Shown: positions 34,554 through 47,169, numbered from the stretch's first letter. The stretch is 64,000 nt of DNA from Leptogorgia sarmentosa (GCA_964658305.1 OZ210885.1:1674001-1738000); one strand, 5' to 3'. Numbers and translations are program-made. Notes: generated by a model not told the origin, from the letters alone.

Positions 34554-37500
34554 AACGTTGGTTTGTTACACGGAGTTGTGTTTACGTTTGAGCAAGCATG
34601 CAGCAGTTAATTTTCTTTGCGTTATTTTCATCTGCCAAGTATTTGTTTTATGGCGATCCACTAAATGATTCTTAGTTTTGGTAATAAGCGTACATCTAAA
34701 TAAACCCTTGATAAAAATGCCACGTGGTCACGTGCCAAGTCGATGCGATTCATTATTACAGAGAGAGCAGAAACTTTTCCCGTTTTCGCTTGAATAAAGT
34801 ATTTCAATTTTCCACTGTCGACTTATTTTCAGCAAAAAATTTAGCGACAACGGTTGCTTTATCCAGCGGTTATAAAATTCCGGCCGTTCCTTATCACCAC
34901 CTTGCAGAGATCATCACCCCGAAATGTTCAAACTACACAATACACGCCTAAACCCTAACAAGAAATCATTGATAATTTCTTTGAATGGGAAACTCTTTCA
35001 GATGGATTTCTATGTAGATTAGGGACCTGTAGCTACACATGAAGCAACTTATCGATTGAAATGCTAACCTTTGCACATTATTAATTTTTTATTTGAACCA
35101 GAATTTCGTTAGCTATATTAATTTCTATATAGCTGCTGCACAAATTCGTCATGTAGGTCAGCAATGCTTAGGTAAGCAGTAGGCTCATGTGAACAGTATA
35201 TTAAACGATCAGACCATCCAGACACGGAAACCATAAAGTAATTGTTTTGTAAAATAACAACAGCAGAGTCAGACATGTTTAAAATTCCCGCGAAGGCACT
35301 TTAAATTTCCATGTTTGGGTGGCCTGATCCAAAAACTGGTTTCGACCAATCAGAGCACGCGTTATATACATGCTATTTTATAAATACATGTCTTGTGCGT
35401 GTGTAAATATTGTGTAAACTTCCCCTTTTCATATGTAACCTAGTTTGCCTGTTAAAAGGCTTGGCATTATAAAGATAACTGAGTTAGCCTTTCTCAACTT
35501 TAGTTTATTTTTATTTTATCAAACTAAATTTATCGTTCTTCAGTAAATCAGCGACTGTAACTAATACCGTGTACGTTTGAGCAGCAAACTTTGAAATATT
35601 TAACCAAGAAAAGCCCGCGCATTTTTCGCATCTTTCTACATACAGGAAAGCTCGGAGGATTCAAATTTTAATCGCTACGCAACATTAAACCTAAGGATCA
35701 AACAATTGTTTAAAAAAATACCTATTAACTTGTTTCAGTAAAACAGAATAATTTATACCCTTTTGGAAACATACAAAAGCGCGTGAGTTACGGCACAGTA
35801 CCTTATAAAATTTGATAAATTTTACATTCTCCGCCATCTTCATTTTTTTACATCTTTGTTAATATAAAACAAAACAAAAACAAAATACGAAACAAAAAAC
35901 AATTTTTACTGTTTCCGAAAGGGTGTATTTGTCGAAAGCAATGATTTTGCTGCGCAAAAACGGCGGAATTTATGGTCGCATAGAGTGAGAAAATGAATGT
36001 CTTTGATATCCATTGCTCTCACGTATGTAGTACTACCATACTAGTAAGACCATGTACATAGCGAATTGAGATAATGGACAAAAAAAATGTCATAGTTGGT
36101 AATGTCTGTATGGCAGTTGATTGGTCGATTTTTTGTGTTAATTAGTCATTTTAGTTTTAATTAAATAATCATAGTTTAGAAATTTGACCATCAATAAATT
36201 AGCAAGAAAAATAATGAAATAAATAAATGAACTGAAAGGACAACAAAAACGTTCCATAATAGCAGTAACTGCACTTTTGGTTGTAATAGAATAGAATCAC
36301 CAGTATTAACAATGTTCCATTAAATGTATTTGATTTGTTAATAAAATGTTTCATCAAAAACGTTGTTAAATTATTCATCGCGTTGTGAACATGAGCAATG
36401 TAAAGCATAGGGTAGCCCAAATATACACTTATTTTTGTGACATTTAACTTATTAAAAATAACGAAAATGTATCTTTGAATGTCGTATAGTCTGTCTGTTT
36501 GTCTGTCTGTCTTTCCAGGCGTTGCTTATTGTGCCTCTCACCAACTATGCACTCACCGTCTCTCACGCACGCAGTTCGCACGCAGTCATTGTAGCTAAAG
36601 TAATAGGTATCGAATAAAAATGAAGGTCCATTATGCTCATAAACTGAATTACATTTTGGCGCATTGCCATTAGCACAGCTGAAAAGAGCATCATAAATTT
36701 GGTAGTAAAATTGTGGAGTTTGAGTAGAAAATATGGAAAATACAATCACGTGAAGTTTGCGAATTTTCTACATTTTTCTATCGCGCACGGAAAAACAATA
36801 ATCAGATTTCGAGTGTGATGCATGACTCCACACATAATACATAAGTACACAAAATTCGCAAACTTCTGACTGTATTTTGCACATTTTACAATATTTTGTG
36901 ACCTAATTTTGCAATTCTACTACGTTTATGATGCTGTCTTCCCACCTACATGTGTTCATTATATCGTTTAGATATAGTGAGTAGAAATTTCGCTGCCCGC
37001 CAATGCAACAAGCGTGGGGCGAGGCTTTAGGGTTAGTTTTAGGGTTGGAGATCATGTTTCAGGATCCATTGTCACTATGGAAATTATTCCGTGAAAGGCA
37101 GCGCTGATTGGTTATCGGGATTGCTTTTCAAATTGGTGGAATACTTTGATTTTCTTAAGCGTAAGTAAACCATTCATTCAAAATTAGTGTAACACCGCGA
37201 ATTTTGCTTTAGAAATGCTGCGAAATACGGAAAGCCTTGCGAACTAAGGCCAGGTTCAAACGTCGAACTTTACATGAACCGATCTTACTTTTTGGGATTG
37301 ACCGATTGAGCTCATGTAAAGACCGGCGTCTGGACTCTGGTCAGTTAGTTTCGAGTCATTTCGTTGAGGTCGACCCAATCTGAAAGTTCGGACAACGGCT
37401 GTTGGAATTACGACTTTGGATCGAGTCCCATTTAACTATAGGTTCGACAAGGGTTCGATGTCTGAATTAACTAACCTTGACCGCACATATATATTTTTCA

Positions 37501-37607
37501 GGCTTTTAGAAATTTTAATTAATATTCCGGAAAGTCGGAGCCTAGATAATCGTGTCCACCATGCGTAACGTGGTCATGCCGGCAACTCTTTGTTTGTGTT
37601 GTTTCAG

Positions 37608-37671
37608 GTGCACGTGTTGTGGAAATTCTGCCTTCTGGAAGATCAAATTCGAGACGAAATTGTTAGAAACA
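37608..37671 (+). other. Probable non-coding 5'UTR exon of STRA6-like gene 1
   Basis: tttcag|GTGCACG...GAAACA|gtaagt; paralogous exon at 49239-49296. An upstream donor at 37160|gtaagt is also shared (47784 in the paralog). Confidence 0.6.
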
Positions 37672-37744
37672 GTAAGTATTTTGTCATTTATTGTCAACCT
37701 CGGTCCAATGTCGGTCCGACATTATCCAACGTTGCGGGCGACAA

Positions 37745-38195
37745 GTTGGCCTAGTTTGAACACTTTGTCGAATGATGTTATATATATTATGGCGTTATAA
37801 TATGATGACGGATAATATTGGCATGAGTTTAAAACTTGCTCTCAATTTTGCTCCAGCATCGTGCAGCATTATTGGATGCGACATGTTGGCCTAGTTTGAA
37901 CACTTTGTCGAATGTTATATATGGCGTTAGAATAATTTATGATGACGGATAATATTGGCATGAGTTTAAAACTTGCTCTCAATTTTGCTCCAGCATCGTG
38001 CAGCATTATTGGATGCGACATGTTGGCCTAGTTTGAACACTTTGTCGAATGTTATATATGGCGTTAGAATATGATGACGGATAATATTGACATGAGTTTA
38101 AACTTGCTCTCAATTTTGCTCCAACATCGTGCAGCATAATTGGATGCGACATGTTGGCCTAGTTTGAACACTTTGTCGCATGATGTTGGCTTCCG
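37745..38195. repeat. Tandem repeat of a 131-140 bp unit, about 3.3 copies
   Basis: Units start gttggcctagtttgaacactttgtcg at 37745, 37885, 38022 and 38153 and are near-identical along their length. Confidence 0.9.
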
Positions 38196-38518
38196 TTTAA
38201 TGTTGCCTAAAATTTTCATCCCATAACGGCGAGAACGCTGTTACCCTTCTACTGTAGCGTTTTCGGTTTTGACTTGACTGTGTTTCTAGTATCCAGAGTG
38301 TAGCTCAATGAAAGCGGTTAGGGGCTAACCATATGTTCTCGCTTGTCGGGGATTTGAAAATGGGGCGTTTGAAGTGAAAATTATTGATTAAATGAGGTGT
38401 CAAATTGAGGTGTCAAAATAAGTCGTAGTTTATGATTTCGAGAAAATGCGTATAATTCTGGAAACATTAAACCTTTGATACAGTTAACCTTTTTAAATAT
38501 TTGATTCTGCAGATAAAA

Positions 38519-41500
38519 ATGGACTATGGGAGCACAGCCGCTCCTACTAGGTGCGTATCTAATCTATTTCCATTCACCTTTTCAGAAATTAATTTCTCAT
38601 TCGAAGCTATCATTTTACGTATCTATTTACGTTGAGCCTCTTAGAAAAATGGCCTTTTGTAACTATTTTTTCCCGGAAACGTCACAGCCGCTTTGCTAAT
38701 ATTGTATTTGCACAATTTATTTACAGAGCTGCTACATGTGACGTGGCTCAACGATTTTATCCTCACGTTTTCTTAATACCCGCTGTACGTTTAATATGTG
38801 ATATGTTTGATACCAGTATTTTCGTCTACTTGTAAGGTTTCTGTATCGTCAGGGTTGAAAATAACCTGTTGTCCAAATCGAGATGATCGTTACAAAATAT
38901 TCTTTCCTGAAGGGTTTGTTCATTTCAGGGAATAATAATCGGCATATTGTCGTTTTTACGAAGGAGAAGAAGTTTTAAGAAAGATCTTTTCGGAGGCCGT
39001 CCAGGACTTGTTGTGTAAGTTTATCAAACCGATTCAAATCGAATCCAATGATGCACAGGAATTTGTTCAAAGATTACAGTATCTCTATTTTCGAATCCCC
39101 TTCCCAACCCCAACCCTTCAAATAATTTTGTGCACTGTTATTTGTAAACTTCTTCTACACCACACAGTGAAACCAATTAGCCTTTCTCACGCTACGCGAC
39201 CAGGTCTGTCATTTTGGGGTAGTTGATAAAATTTAGGTTCAATTATTTACAAAATGAGTAGTAGTAGTTTTAAAATTTTGCTTATCCACCGTTTAAGCTA
39301 AACGCCTTTGATACAACCGGCCCCTGGTCGCATGCTGTGTGAAAGGCTAATTTATTTGTTCACTTTATGAATTTGTAGGCCAATAGATTTTCTTGGTGTT
39401 GATAATGACCGTCTGGCCATCATGTGCGTGTTTGGGGCGGCTGCTGGTTCAATCGCTACACTGATCCTTGTTAGGTCTTCGGGAAGGAACGTTTGGGAAA
39501 AAGGTACGAATGCTTACGAGACGGGGGGAGGGGGTAGACGAAAGCTGCCTTAGTTATTATTTATTTAGGGCCCACAGTAATTGGTTTACACTGTTGTGGT
39601 GTCCCTGCCATTTTTGTCCATGTTTATTGTGTAGATGTCTATTTGTTGTTCTGTTAAGTGTTTTTGGCAAAGTTTAATAAATAAAAAAATAAATAAAAAG
39701 TTGTCGCCAGGATTTGTTGTGACGTTCCTTCACTTTGTAGCATTTCATGCTATCGGGACTGCTCTCGAACATGCTTTCCTGTATTATCCCTTCTTTGGAT
39801 GCCTGGCATCGTATCACAAAATTGTTGGAGCTTTGATGGGCCTCTTATACGGTGTTATCTGGTAAGTCGCCGTGAATATGTATGGGGGGAGAACTGTTAA
39901 TGACGAGTGCAATGTAGGAGTAAATAATAACTTACATCAAACTGTGGTTGGTTTATTCAGTGCAACTAATTCAAAAGAGAAGTGCAGAAATTTCTATTTT
40001 TATTCTCTTTGAAACAATCCTCGATTCTGATTGGCCATTTATCTTGACTTCTCAATTCTTGTTGCATGATCTTTCATATTTATTTCTCGATTCTGATTGG
40101 CTCTTTATGCATTTCACTGTAATTATTTTCCGTTGTATTGTAGTTTTTTTGTAGCCACATTATTAACTGCAAATTGCTACAACAGCTCAAATGTAAGTTT
40201 ATTTTGGACATGCCCTATCTCGTAGTTCTTTTCTTTTTATCTGTCTACTTTTCGCTTCATCGCTTCTATTTCGAGCATTCATCAAGTTTTGTTTTAACTT
40301 ATGAATTATTAGAGCGACAGGACATCGTCATCAGATGATGCGAGATTCCTTCAGACATTGTCAGGCGTACCAATGGTTTTTTGTCTGCTATTTATACTGG
40401 GAAAGTTTATAGTTGTACTCTACAAGGAAAGCATGCAAACCAATGGACTATCTGCAGCTCGGCTGTTCTCACAGGAGGTAAGTTAAGATCTGTACATCGA
40501 GTTTATAGTGGTACTTTATACTAACCAAAATTGAATAATGCATGCATCTTTCATGTACATAAAGGGGTTTCATACAAGGATCAGGGTTAGCACTTGGTTT
40601 AATGGTAGGATTTGGATTAAGATTTGGGTTAGGTTTTAAATTAGTGCATGACTGTCATAATTGAGAGTAGGATTAGAATTTTGCTTCGGATTACATATAG
40701 TACAAGAAGCCTAAGAATCAAACCAAATTTTAAAACGTAACAGGTTGTATATGCTGTGGTCTATTTGTGATAAACCGTGCTGCTCCAACTGATTTTGAAC
40801 GTTTCATTTCTTTGATATTTCTTAACACATTTTGTCCCTTTAGGATGTAGATGCTTCTCTGAAAGTGAAACTAACCAGACCGTGGTTGCATGAGCACGTT
40901 AAAAACCTCATTAATTCAAGGTACGAGAGCTTAGCGAAGGGCCCAACCTCGTTCGTATTGTCACCATGATTTGTAGACACTAGTACTATGGACGATAAAA
41001 ATCTGATTACTGTACCAGTCGTATTAATCCACTGAGCTATACTTAATATATCTGGAGATCGGGTCGTAATACCTCGCCGTACAAAATAGTGTCGCCAAAA
41101 ACATGGCGGATTTTAGCCAAATTTACGTCATTATGACGTAGTAAGTCCCCTATTTCAGGGGACTAACCACTGACCAAATAACATTGCCGAAAGTGAGCAG
41201 TTTTCTCACCCCCTTGTCTGAAAATAAAATACTAAAATACCAGCTAATATCACGTCAAAGTTTTTAATTCAAAACAATATTTCGTTGAATTTTGTTGATT
41301 ATCAACATGCCGCGTTTTTGCACACATAGTTGGCGACGGTCACTTATTTGCTGAACTACATTTAATTTCAGATAAATTACGGATGCCACAACTCCTTTGT
41401 CAAGTCCTCTTTAATCAATCCCGTTCAGTATTTATAGGCGCGTACATCGACAAATACAACAATATATTTTAGATATATTTTTAAGAGAATTTTAATACTT

Positions 41501-44500
41501 TATCTCAATTCTTTGAAAAAATATCAAAACAGCATTGCAGTATATATATTTATATATAAAATCGTACAGTAAAATCCAGGGGGGATTGGGAACGGCGCCT
41601 GCACACACTTCAACTGTGGTCAGTAATTACCATCATGAGAATAGGGGACGTGTGACGTAAAATCCGCCATGTTTTTGGCGACACTTCAAAGTGGAGAGCC
41701 CGATCTCCAGATATATTAAGTATAGCTCAGTGTATTAATCTGATATTTCTTTTCTTCTGTAGACCTAAACGCCAATACTCACAAATAGAGTTTTACTTAA
41801 GAAAGATTTACAACCATGAGAAAAGTAAGGTCTAGTTCAGACATCGAACTTTTCACGTGCCGAACCTAATGCGAACTAAGCTCAAACAAGGAACTTCGGT
41901 CATTTGCATTAGGTTCGACACACGAAAAGTTTGACGTCTACACTGGGACTAAGTGTGGATATCCGAAATTTGAAATGCTACCATTTGAATCAACCGTTGA
42001 GCATGTGTTCAACTCTTACAGTAACGAGGTTTAAGTTTTCTCACTAGCACCTTGCGTTTTTTAAGGTACGTTTACACGTACCCTTCACTCGGGCACGATT
42101 CGGATTCTGGCATATGGAAAATACTGCTGACGCCATTATTCAAACTGTATAATTTGAAATGCGACTTTCTCGCGCGTGTTCACTCGATTACATACGCCAG
42201 ACTGCGAATCGTGCCCGACAAATCGTAGCGTGTGGACGTAGCTTTACACTTGCAATTTTCACTGCACGCAAAAACAGTCCCAACTTGTAATGATTTTAGA
42301 AATTTCGATCCTAACCCTTGTAGATTTTAAGTTTTCAACCCTAACTGTCTCGGTGGTAACGATTTGCTTCATTTTTCTTTACAGTGTAAGTATAATTTGT
42401 ATTGATAATCAACCTAATTGTACAAGCAAGACTGTTATGATTTACTTGTTTAGTATTGGCTCAAAAAAATTACATCGGCAACAACTCGGCATAAAACCTT
42501 GTATAATGTATGTATCGTGCATGCGGAGCCCCCCCCCCCACCACTCCCCCACTCCCCCACTCCTCCGCCCACTTCCCCCACTTTCATCCTGTGCTACTCC
42601 AAGGCATAAGTAATAAATGGTCCCTTATGTAATCATTCAGTTATTTCAGTATACTTTTTTCCTTCTAGTTTTCCCTTGTACTTTTGTCTTTTACTAACGA
42701 TGGACTGAAGACTGTAACTTGCCTAAAAAAACCACCTGAGCAAAAACTGTATCATTGTATACCTCGTGGTGAGATTAGTTCGCGTTTCGTATCATAGCTT
42801 TCATTAGAGACCTTAAGATTGACGTTCCAACCAAACCGCTAACAAACGTCAAACCTCAAATCATATTTCACAGTAAGTTCTATGAGTTTTCGGCCGTAAA
42901 GTAGGTTATAAACGTTTAAGTTTTCATTTACAAATCAGCCCAACTTCGACCAACGAACAGTTTATCTCAATATACGATTTGAAGTTTGCCGTTTGTGGTT
43001 AGCCGTATGATGCCGACTTATTTCAATCTATCCAATGATTGGTCAGTTTTATTTTAAGTATTATGCGTTTGTCCTTTGTCATAATCGTAAACGACATTTT
43101 TCAATGATATTTTAATTTGACCTTCAAATTTTATGATCTGCAGGATTCTATATAGCTGCGACAGTCGCGATCATTATTACTACGATATTTTGCATTGTCT
43201 CGCTTTTTCGTTTCATGGAAAGTCACAAGTATGTTTGAATAATATACTAGCGAGCTTTACAGCTGCGTTTTTTTTTGCTGCGATTTTCTTCTTTTGAACG
43301 ATGTGAAAGAGTGGATTAATAAGAAATGGCTGAGTGCAAGTTTGCTCACCTGAACATTTGTAGCTAGTTTACTCGTTCACATCCGTCCGAAGGAGAAAGT
43401 CGTAGCAAAAGTTGTGTAAAGTAAACGCGATGCTTTAAATACGTATCGAAAATCCTATTTTGGGCAAGTGGCACTTTAATAATTAGTATCCTGGGTATTT
43501 TTTTCTAGAAATAACATGTTAAAGATGTTCAAAGGAGATAAATCGTTTATTCCAAAGAATATCAGTGCGTCACAGTTTATGATTGTAAGTTTAACGTTGG
43601 AGAGAAGATGGGACTGCCTATACCGAATATGGCCATGTCATAATGTATCGATATACATCACTGAAAATGAGAACTTGCTGATATAATAATAACTCGAAGT
43701 TTTACCATTGTGGGCGTTTATAAGTCGCCTGAATTACTTCGAACTTACTTTTGTTGTTTTCCTTTTTTAGGGAAAGGGACTAAGATACCATAGCTATCAG
43801 ATCGGTTACTTTTTGTGGGGTTAGTATTTCTTGTTCATATGGATATAATTAGGTACTGTTGTTTGACGTTGTAGTGCCTATGAAAAGAAATGTTTGCAAA
43901 ATTATTAACTATCTTAAAGTGCCTATATCTGGATCAGGTATTTTACATTTTTATTAATTTATTATTTTTACAAGTATTTGAACAATATGAGGTAAATTTT
44001 TAAAATATTTCTTAGAAAAACCCCTCATCTTCATGGTTTAATTTATCGGATGTGACACATGCAAGAAGGAGAATATTTGTGATCGAAAACAAAAGAAAAT
44101 TAATTTGCAATTTCTTTCTTACATCACATCCGAAAATTTAATGGTAAATTAAACCATGAATATGAGGGGTTTTTCTAAGAAGATAAATTACAAATTTACG
44201 TTAAATTGTTGAAATAGTTTGAAAATGAAAAATCCTTGACTCTAATATAGGCACTTTAAATTGTTTTCTCGTTCAAGGCTATTTTGTGCTGTTGTCTCTG
44301 TTCTTCGTTATCTCGTTTTGTTTTTACCTCTTGTCATTTGAATTGATTCGAGATAGGCTGGCAGATTATGTTTATGGATCAGGGTGAGAAAAACTTATCT
44401 TGTTATGTCGGAAAAACAATAATTATTTGCTTGATCCGAGCTCTACGATCACAAAATTAAGTTGTATATACAATTTCAAATTGACGTGGAAAACGTTTTG

Positions 44501-47169
44501 TCAGCTTTTAATGTCACTATTTACATTACATGGCTCCAGAAATTGGCATTTCTATTTGTGCCATTTCTATGCCGGAGGTGGAACGTTTACGAATTGGGAA
44601 AAGTCCAAATTCACTCATCCTAGTGTCTTGTTCAGGCAAAGTGTTCATGAAAAGGAAGGTGCCCAACTACGATAGATAACATATATTGGGTACAGACGTC
44701 TGTATTAGGCCAATTTGTTTTGCTTCTGAGTATCTTATCTCTAATTATGTTTGCAAATCGTCCATCTGAAAGGACCCTCATAGCACTTACAATTTTTTTC
44801 AATATTTTAGTGTTGTGGTGGGTGTGGCTATGCTCACTGGTTTGTCATTGCCATTAGCTTCGTTCACGATATTCCGAGATTACAGTTACTCTAAAGACGT
44901 CATATCTGTAAATAACAGGTTTGTGTTTATTAACTAACAACGCGTAGAAATTCGTAGATCCTGTTTCAATACCTCTTGTTTGAGTCTTAATAACGTTTAG
45001 GAGTGTAGTGAAGTTTCAGGGGTATAATGAAGTTTTAGAGATATAGTGAACTTTTAGGGACATAGCTAGTGAAGTTTTAGGGGTATATAATGACTTTTTG
45101 GGGGTATAATGAAGTTTTAGGGATATAGTGAAGTGTTAGGGGTATATAATGAAGTTTTATTTCTTCCTAGAAACGTCTACTTGGTGTTCTCGTATTTCTG
45201 GTTTTTCGTTGGTCTTCCGATGGGTTTCGCCTCCGCCATTTCTCGTATTTTGAAAGCGATGGCCGTGGGTGCTCTGATGTTACCAAGAATTGATCACAGC
45301 GTCATGCCTGATGGCTTTCAACGATTTGATCGAGGTGCAGTAAAGCCGATGTTACCCAAACTGAAAAATTCACGCAACAAACTCGTTCACTGTCTACGAG
45401 TCATCTGTTTATTTCTCTCATTACTTGCTATGACCTTATAAAATATTTGTCCATTGCCAGGTTTCAATGCGTACATTTGCAATCTTCACGTGCAAACAGC
45501 TTATAGAAACCCCGTTCTCCGCGTTTTCTGTCAAATCTTGGTGGATGAAATACGTAAGTGCTGTCATCCTGTCATGGCCTTCATTATTGCGTTTCGAAGG
45601 CAGACTTGTCACCTGTCGCTTTCAAATGGTTGGTCAAATTAGTTCGGGGAAGTGTCAGGTACACAAGTCCCCTATACCCAGCTGATCTCAATACACGGAA
45701 AAGGACTGGGACTAGCTGTCAGATAGAAATCCATTTTTCGATTGAAACAATTGAATATCTCCCATAATGTACTTTATTCCGATTCCAAATTTTTGTCAGA
45801 GCTATAGTTGTCATAACTAATCATAATTACAAAATTTCAACTAGTTTCATACAGAATAACGAAAGATATGATTGAGTAAACACAGCAAAATGGATTTCTA
45901 TTCGGACAACCCTTTCTGAGCGCTGATTGGCTAAAACAGGAACACGAGATCACCTGATAGTCATGATACGAGTATTAACCATTTCCCAGTTGATAATCCG
46001 CAAAGCATCTATGGAGATTGTTTGGAAAGAAACCACAAATTGAGAAGAAACTTCTCAGTTAAAATTGAAACAAGGAAATATACAAAGATGCTTTGTTATT
46101 TCTAATAAAATTCCTCGATAGTTATTCACTGCTGGTTCTGTCTTATGTCTGGCGCAATCCATACATGCTTTGCGGTCCCGGTTAGAAACTGATGGCTACC
46201 GAATGAATAACGACTGGGGACGAGTCGGTTGCGAAGGCAGAAATCCACTGCCCAATGACGACGGCATTGCGAACGCAACAGCTTGGAACCAGTTACTGCG
46301 GGCGCAGATTTTGTTGCAATTTCTACAGTGTGATTTTCTTCTGATACGTGTGAATTAGCAGATGATTTATGAATTTCATTTACTCTTGCAGAAAACCGAG
46401 AGGGAAGCGTACGCACATTAGGTAGGTATTTTTACCTCAACTTTTGATGATCTAAATCACGACGAAAGGCCTTTGCTCGAACGTCGAATCTCATTGTATC
46501 GTTTAGGCAGTGAGTAAAACTTTTGCTTCTCATTGACATACACAAATTCGATAACAATAAATACGTTCATTCGCCAGCTTTTGTTCGTGTTTTAGCCAAT
46601 CAGCGCTCGGAAAGTGTTGTTCGAATGGAAATCCATTTTGCTATACTCACTCGACTATATCTTTCCGTTATTCTGTATGAAACTAGTTGAAATTTTGTGA
46701 TTATGTTTGGTTATGAGAACTATATATAGCTCTGACAAAAATATGGAATCGAAGTAAAATATAATATGAGAGATATTCAGTTGTTTCAATCGAAAAATGG
46801 ATTTCTATCTGACAGTTAGTCCCAGTTGTTTCCGTCTATTGAGATCAGCTGGCGTAAATACGGTAAATACGTACATTTTCGAGTTAAAAATTTTCCCGGT
46901 TAGCGAACCCATGAATTTTTTTAGTAACATGTAGTTAATATCTCGTTATAGGAGTTCACAGGGTTCGAAAATGGACGTATTCGCCTCAGGCCCGTGCGAG
47001 GTGGTTCCTCGCCCTTACCTTGGCCCGCAACCCACAACTGGCATCGGAACGTAAGCCTGATGTTCAGGCACCCGAATCCTTTCAGGCGCATGCAAGGCAT
47101 AGTGACGTCGTCATAGAAATTGATCAGTTCGCCGCTGGTGACCGTTTTGCATTAATACAAGATAAGTGA
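38519..47169 (+). CDS. STRA6: STRA6-family multi-pass membrane protein, paralog 1, 20 coding exons, about 621 aa
   Basis: Exons: 38519-38550, 38727-38784, 38929-39014, 39379-39503, 39741-39861, 40144-40192, 40313-40477, 40844-40920, 41763-41824, 42324-42385, 42669-42768, 43144-43228, 43509-43584, 43771-43819, 44278-44383, 44811-44918, 45171-45334, 45461-45553, 46392-46421, 46952-47169 (1866 nt, in frame). Family motifs: GRPGLVVPIDFL, FGA, YYPFFGCL, FKGDKSFIP, YQIGYFLWGY, VNNR, RIDHS..P.GF..FD.GF.AY...L.....RNPVLRVFCQIL, ARARWFLALTLARNPQLASERK. The symbol means STRA6/STRA6L-like. Confidence 0.85.
41030..41732. mobile_element. Non-autonomous P- or hAT-type transposon
   Basis: Perfect 34-bp TIR cactgagctatacttaatatatctggagatcggg; 8-bp TSD tattaatc (41022-41029, 41733-41740); internal inverted gtgtcgccaaaaacatggcggatttta. 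Confidence 0.88.
41829..41949. mobile_element. Harbinger-like MITE inserted in a splice donor
   Basis: Palindromic element flanked by TAA (41826-41828, 41950-41952). Related sequences lie near 37246-37470 and 59040-59098. Confidence 0.65.
43918..44255. mobile_element. Kolobok-like MITE with TTAA TSD
   Basis: ttaa|agtgcctatat ... atataggcact|ttaa; long internal inverted arms (ttcttagaaaaacccctcat / atgaggggtttttctaagaa). Confidence 0.7.
44995..45158. repeat. Minisatellite of about 20 bp (gaagttttagggg-tataat)n
   Basis: About 8 degenerate units ending just before the acceptor of the exon at 45171. Confidence 0.8.
45677..46854. mobile_element. Pair of about 260-bp inverted repeats (foldback element, or two opposed copies of one family)
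   Basis: 45677-45938 is the reverse complement of 46588-46854; TA on both outer sides. A partial copy of the same family lies at about 6050-6220. Confidence 0.75.

Noticed and set aside
37745..38195. CRISPR-like array
   Set aside because: Whole units are repeated with no unique spacers, there are no cas genes, and the context is a eukaryotic intron.
39711..39740. Upstream in-frame acceptor for STRA6-like 1 exon 5
   Set aside because: The acceptor before 39741 has a better pyrimidine tract and gives the same 121-nt size as paralog 2; minor use is still possible.
42805..43010. Conserved intronic element shared with 55210-55460
   Set aside because: The two copies lie in non-equivalent introns of the paralogs, so independent insertions of a repeat family are more likely.
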